Shown here one piece after another: positions 8,200-12,483 of a DNA stretch of 12,483 bases (positions are counted from its first letter, which is position 1; each line of letters starts with the position of its first letter). The notes beneath the pieces were generated by a model. The model searched no databases. It saw nothing but the letters and a program-made list of their open reading frames with translations, and was not told the origin of the DNA. The position numbers and the translations under genes were made by a program. The DNA lies in contig JAYUEN010000351.1 of assembly GCA_043739185.1 (NCBI GenBank), forward strand, positions 1 to 12,483, read 5' to 3'. Source of the stretch: Bdellovibrionales bacterium (GTDB lineage: Bacteria > Bdellovibrionota > Bdellovibrionia > Bdellovibrionales > JAMPXM01).

Positions 8200-8201
8200 A
8201 A

Positions 8202-9824
8202 TTGGATCCATTGCTATCTATAAAAGACCTTTCCATTCATTTTGGAGGGGTCTTAGCATTAAAAAATGTTAGTTTAGAGGTCCAAAAAAATAGTATTGTG
8301 GGCCTTATGGGACCTAATGGCTCTGGGAAAACGACTTTAATTAATTGCGTTTCGCGTATATTCGAACCAACCCAGGGCCAAATTTTATTCGATGGTAAAA
8401 ATTTATTGAAATCTAAACCGCAAGATATCGTCCAATGCGGTATTTCGAGAACCTTTCAGGATTTAAACTTTTTTGAATTTTTACCCGATGTTACCATATT
8501 AGATTACGTAATGATGGGAGATTTTAATCCATCTTTGTTATCGGTTTTAAGAAAAAATATTTTTTCTTTGAACGCGCAAAAAAATCAAAGTGAACTGCGT
8601 AAAAAAGCTAGATTCATCTTAGATTTTTTTCGTCAGGCCCGTGAATATTTTGAGCCTGATGAAAAAGAAAGAAACTATCCTTATATTACAGGACGCGAAG
8701 GGGCACCAGATCTCTTAGACCAGGAAAACAGTCCTATTCAGTTATTATCTTTAGCTTGGAGAAGACGACTTGACTTGGCAAGAGCATTAATTTCGCAACC
8801 AAAATTACTTTTGCTAGATGAACCCTGCCAGGGTCTTCCGCCATTTGAAATCGAAAATTTAACGAAAATTATCAAGCTTATACAATCGAGCTTTGGGACC
8901 TCGGCGCTCATTGTTGAGCACAACGTCCACACACTTTTGAAATTATCCGATTCAATCGTCGTTATGAATTTCGGTGAAGTTCTATGTCATGGGAAACCAG
9001 ACGAAGTCGTTAAAAATGAAAAAGTAATTGATGTTTATTTGGGAGGTTCTAAAGAAATCAAGGCAGAAATTCAAGTCTCCAAAGATCCAGGGAAAATTAA
9101 GCCTCAAACTATACTAAAAGTAAAAGATCTGGATCATTATTACGGCGCAGCTCAAGCACTATTTTCGATTAATATGGAAGTTGAAGCGGGGAAAATCGTA
9201 GCTATTCTTGGCACGAACGGTTCGGGAAAATCGACTGTGCTGAAAGTTATATCAGGGGTAGAAAAACCACGTTATGGTAAGATCACATTTTTAGATGTGG
9301 AGCTGCCACTCGGTTGGCCAGAAATTGCTTCTGAAATGGGTATCCAATATGTTCCACAAGGGCATTTGGTTTTTCCTGAATTATCGGTTGATGACAATTT
9401 AATGCTCGGATCCTACACGGGAAAATTGAGAGGGAGTTCACCTTCTGAGATCAAAGAAAGAATTTTCAGCTATTTTCCAGAACTGAAAGGTGTTTTAAAT
9501 TTAAAGGCCGGGAGCTTGTCAGGAGGACAACAGCAGATGCTCGCTATCTCACAGGCCTTGGTCGCAAAACCTCAACTTCTTTTATTAGATGAACCATCGC
9601 TTGGGCTTTCTCCGCGACTAAAGGATTCTCTTTTTAAAGCAATAAAACAGATTTCAATAAATGAAAATTGTGCGATTATACTAGTCGAGCAAAGTGTCTC
9701 TGAATCCTTCGCCGTTGCTGATTTTGTTTATATCTTAAGCTCAGGAAGTGTCACCCTAAAAGGGCCGACAGAAATCATCGCCGCAAATCAAAGCCTAATC
9801 AAAATGAACTTAGGCTTTATTTAG
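8202..9824 (+). CDS. Fused LivG-LivF double ABC ATPase
   Basis: TTG start with AAGGA RBS at 8188-8192. Domain 1 (LivG-like): FGGVLAL, GPNGSGKT, SRTFQ, LLLLDEP, IVEH, VIDVYLG. Domain 2 (LivF-like): GTNGSGKS, YVPQG..VFPELSV, LSGGQQQM, LLLLDEPSLGLSP, LVEQ. Confidence 0.93.
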   Translation: MDPLLSIKDLSIHFGGVLALKNVSLEVQKNSIVGLMGPNGSGKTTLINCVSRIFEPTQGQILFDGKNLLKSKPQDIVQCGISRTFQDLNFFEFLPDVTILDYVMMGDFNPSLLSVLRKNIFSLNAQKNQSELRKKARFILDFFRQAREYFEPDEKERNYPYITGREGAPDLLDQENSPIQLLSLAWRRRLDLARALISQPKLLLLDEPCQGLPPFEIENLTKIIKLIQSSFGTSALIVEHNVHTLLKLSDSIVVMNFGEVLCHGKPDEVVKNEKVIDVYLGGSKEIKAEIQVSKDPGKIKPQTILKVKDLDHYYGAAQALFSINMEVEAGKIVAILGTNGSGKSTVLKVISGVEKPRYGKITFLDVELPLGWPEIASEMGIQYVPQGHLVFPELSVDDNLMLGSYTGKLRGSSPSEIKERIFSYFPELKGVLNLKAGSLSGGQQQMLAISQALVAKPQLLLLDEPSLGLSPRLKDSLFKAIKQISINENCAIILVEQSVSESFAVADFVYILSSGSVTLKGPTEIIAANQSLIKMNLGFI

Positions 9825-9855
9825 TATCACTGATTCTGAGACAACTTCAAATTAT

Positions 9856-12483
9856 CTATGATTCAGTACCACTTTTTTTAAGTGTAGCATAGCTTATGCT
9901 TGTCGAAATAAATCTCACCAACTTTTCAAGTTCGATTTCGTGTATAAACAAATGTCCACCATCAAATTGCTGGAACGAAAAATCAGCAGTAGTGTGATGA
10001 CCCCATAATTCCAAGTCTGACTGAGAGGTCGAAGGATCCGATTTTCCACCAATAGCAATAATTGGAATATTGAGATTTGCCTCTACGAGGTACTGATATT
10101 TTGATAACAAAGTTACATCGCCACGTAGTATTGAAAACCAAGCATCACTTAGTCCTGAATTTAACATTTCGCTCTCGCCATAAATTGACCCAAAAATTCT
10201 CTTGAATTCAGCTATAAACATGTCATTCGGCAAGTCTGCAATTGGTCTTAATCTGCTGGCGAAGGTCCCATGCGGAGCTGGGCAGGATAATGGAATGAAA
10301 TGAGTGGGTAAGGCTAAGCCCTTGCTTCTCATCTTCCTAGCAAGTTCAAACCCCAAGATCGCACCCATACTATAACCAAGAATCACGTATGGCTTCGTCG
10401 ACAATTTTTGAAGCGCACCGATTATTTTCTCTAGAGCCTCTCCAATATCTTTCGCTGGAGATTCATTTATGCGCTCCCAACGTCCCGGCAACTGTACACA
10501 AACCAGCTCAACGTCTTCTGGTAAAAATTGCGGCCAGGCACGATACATCTGGGCGGCTCCCCCAGCGTAGGCAAAACAAATTAATCGGGTCTTCGCATGT
10601 GGATTGGGGTTCCAAATTTTTAGCCAAACAGTATCTTCGATTTCCGCCTTTTGAAACATCCCATCGACGACGACATTGCCATTAAGGTGCCTAAAAAAGA
10701 ATTGAGTTAGTTTTTCGAGCGAGAAGTTTTCATAAATTACTCGATCTGAAAGCGCAAATTTTTCGCCAAATATCTTTTTGAGTCTGCCTGTCAACTCGAT
10801 AATGCCCAATGAGTCTAGGCCCAGCTCTGAAAAGTCCTTTTCAGAAATCGAATTCAAGGGTTTTCCAATGACGCTATTGATTTGCTCTAATAATAATTTA
10901 CTTATCTTCTTTTTTTGCGAAATGTCTTCATTTAATGCCACAATTTGAAAATTTTGTGATTCAGTCTCAGTATTTTTAATTATCGGGACGACTTGGCTCT
11001 GAATCTGTTCATGTCGATTTGAATCGACATTCGTGGTTAAATTTATTTTTTTATCAAGTGGCCAAATTCGCTTTCTCTGAAATGGATAAGTCGGAAGAGA
11101 AATTTTATGCAGAGCAGAGGTATCACTTTCAACATGGAGCCAATTTAATTGAAATCCTCTCTTATATAGTTCTCCCATAGATCCAAAAAATATTTCCCAA
11201 TCGGGCTGCTTAGCTTTGAGTGTTGAATATAGTCCAATATTCGTAAGGTCAGGTAAGCAGTATTTTGTCATTCCTATAAGGGGCGCAGACGGGCCTATTT
11301 CTAGAAAAGTTTTAATTCCCATTTCCTGAATGCTTTTGATTCCTTGGTAAAACATAACAGAGGCACGAACATGCTGAGACCAATATTCTGGACGACATAA
11401 CTCTGGGCCGACTGAACCACCGGTGATATTTGAAATGACCGGAATTTGAGGAGAAGTAAATTTAATTGTTTTGGCAAACGTCTCGAATTCAGAAAGCATA
11501 TCATCCATCTGTCGCGAATGAAACGCATGGGAAACAGCAAGATTAGAATAGTTAATCTCGAGCCGATCAAATTCTTTCAACACCGGAGCAAGCTCATTTT
11601 TATAACCTGTAATTGTTAAAGATGTTGGGCCATTTATAGCTGCAATAGAAATGCTGCCACCAAAGGCTGCAAGAATGGGTTCAAGCTTCTCCTTGGATAA
11701 AAACACGGCAGCCATACCACCCTCACCCTTAAGTTCTTGCATAAGTCTGGCTCTGGTCGAAACAAGCCTCAGTCCGTCTTCCAAACTCATAACGCCTGCA
11801 ACTGTAGCCGCTACAACTTCTCCAAGGCTATGACCAATAACTGCTGATGGATTTACGTTTAGACTCCGCCACATTTCATACAACGAATATTCAATCGCAA
11901 ATAAGGCCGGCTGCGCATACTTGGTCTGATGAAGAGCACTATCCTCATTGCTTCCTTCGAAAATTAAATTTAAAAGTGGTTTATCAATTAAATGAGTCAG
12001 TATTTTTGCACATTCGTCCATAGCATTTCTAAAAACTGGTTGATGATCGTAAAGTGCTTTACCCATGCCGACATATTGCGAGCCTTGCCCAGAAAATAAA
12101 AATGCTACTGGAGGTGGTTCTGACGCGATAGGTGTAAGCTTTTGATTGGTTTCGAGCCAATTACGCAATTGCAACCGAATCGATTCCGAACTGTCACCAA
12201 CGAAAGCCAGTCTATATTCAAAGTGAGTTCTACCCGTATTTGCAGTAAAACAAAGATCGTCTAAATTAACCCGTGTATTCTCTAACATAAAAGATTCATA
12301 TTTCTTAACGAGCTCTTTCAGTGCCCATTCATTACGAGCCGAAATAGTTAAAACGTTATGACCTCGAATTGGTTTTTCACTTAATATTTTTGAATCATCT
12401 GCCGCCTCTACAATCGCATGGGCCATGATTCCGCTCAGCCCAAATGAACTGACGCCGGCTAACCTTCTGCCATTTATAGGCGT
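9856..12483 (-). CDS. Type I polyketide synthase, terminal module KS(partial)-AT-ACP-thioesterase (5' end outside the window)
   Basis: The frame stays open upstream of the track's Met 12426 to the window edge and reads TPINGRRLAGVSSFGLSGIMAHAIVE, a KS C-terminal motif, so 12426 is not the true start. KS-AT linker TANTGRTHFEYR; AT FSGQGSQ, GHSLG (11821-11835), HAFH (11518-11529); post-AT LPTYPFQR; ACP GLDSL (10807-10821); TE GYSMG (10363-10377), GGKSD, GGH (9952-9960). Confidence 0.95.
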   Translation of the reverse strand, partial: TPINGRRLAGVSSFGLSGIMAHAIVEAADDSKILSEKPIRGHNVLTISARNEWALKELVKKYESFMLENTRVNLDDLCFTANTGRTHFEYRLAFVGDSSESIRLQLRNWLETNQKLTPIASEPPPVAFLFSGQGSQYVGMGKALYDHQPVFRNAMDECAKILTHLIDKPLLNLIFEGSNEDSALHQTKYAQPALFAIEYSLYEMWRSLNVNPSAVIGHSLGEVVAATVAGVMSLEDGLRLVSTRARLMQELKGEGGMAAVFLSKEKLEPILAAFGGSISIAAINGPTSLTITGYKNELAPVLKEFDRLEINYSNLAVSHAFHSRQMDDMLSEFETFAKTIKFTSPQIPVISNITGGSVGPELCRPEYWSQHVRASVMFYQGIKSIQEMGIKTFLEIGPSAPLIGMTKYCLPDLTNIGLYSTLKAKQPDWEIFFGSMGELYKRGFQLNWLHVESDTSALHKISLPTYPFQRKRIWPLDKKINLTTNVDSNRHEQIQSQVVPIIKNTETESQNFQIVALNEDISQKKKISKLLLEQINSVIGKPLNSISEKDFSELGLDSLGIIELTGRLKKIFGEKFALSDRVIYENFSLEKLTQFFFRHLNGNVVVDGMFQKAEIEDTVWLKIWNPNPHAKTRLICFAYAGGAAQMYRAWPQFLPEDVELVCVQLPGRWERINESPAKDIGEALEKIIGALQKLSTKPYVILGYSMGAILGFELARKMRSKGLALPTHFIPLSCPAPHGTFASRLRPIADLPNDMFIAEFKRIFGSIYGESEMLNSGLSDAWFSILRGDVTLLSKYQYLVEANLNIPIIAIGGKSDPSTSQSDLELWGHHTTADFSFQQFDGGHLFIHEIELEKLVRFISTSISYATLKKSGTES

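Noticed and set aside
8738..11833. Track ORFs 8738-8932(-), 10389-10685(+), 11301-11570(-), 11651-11833(+)
   Set aside because: They are shadows of the ATPase and PKS genes.
12424..12426. Met 12426 as PKS start (stand-alone AT-ACP-TE protein)
   Set aside because: The frame is open to the window edge and encodes the KS C-terminal motif, so this Met is internal.

Overview
AT-rich bacterial chromosomal segment (roughly 38-40% GC by eye) with three transcription units. (1) A large minus-strand gene missed by the ORF track because it runs off the left edge (ATG at 2917, at least 972 codons): an N-terminal Hanks-type Ser/Thr kinase fused to a STAND/AAA_16-type P-loop ATPase and a helical TPR-like region. 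It is preceded by a sigma28/FliA-like promoter and an 8-bp inverted repeat covering its start codon. (2) A divergent plus-strand operon encoding a LIV/HAAT-family ABC importer (LivM-like, LivH-like, solute-binding protein, fused LivG-LivF ATPase) with a GMC (choline dehydrogenase/AlkJ-like) oxidoreductase inserted between the permeases and the binding protein. (3) The 3' part of a convergent type I PKS gene entering from the right edge, with a non-reducing terminal module: KS C-terminus, malonyl-type AT, ACP and a thioesterase of type II (GrsT/RifR-like) sequence character. No RNA genes, CRISPR arrays or mobile elements were seen. Whether the three units form one small-molecule make/import/oxidise/sense system is a hypothesis based only on adjacency.
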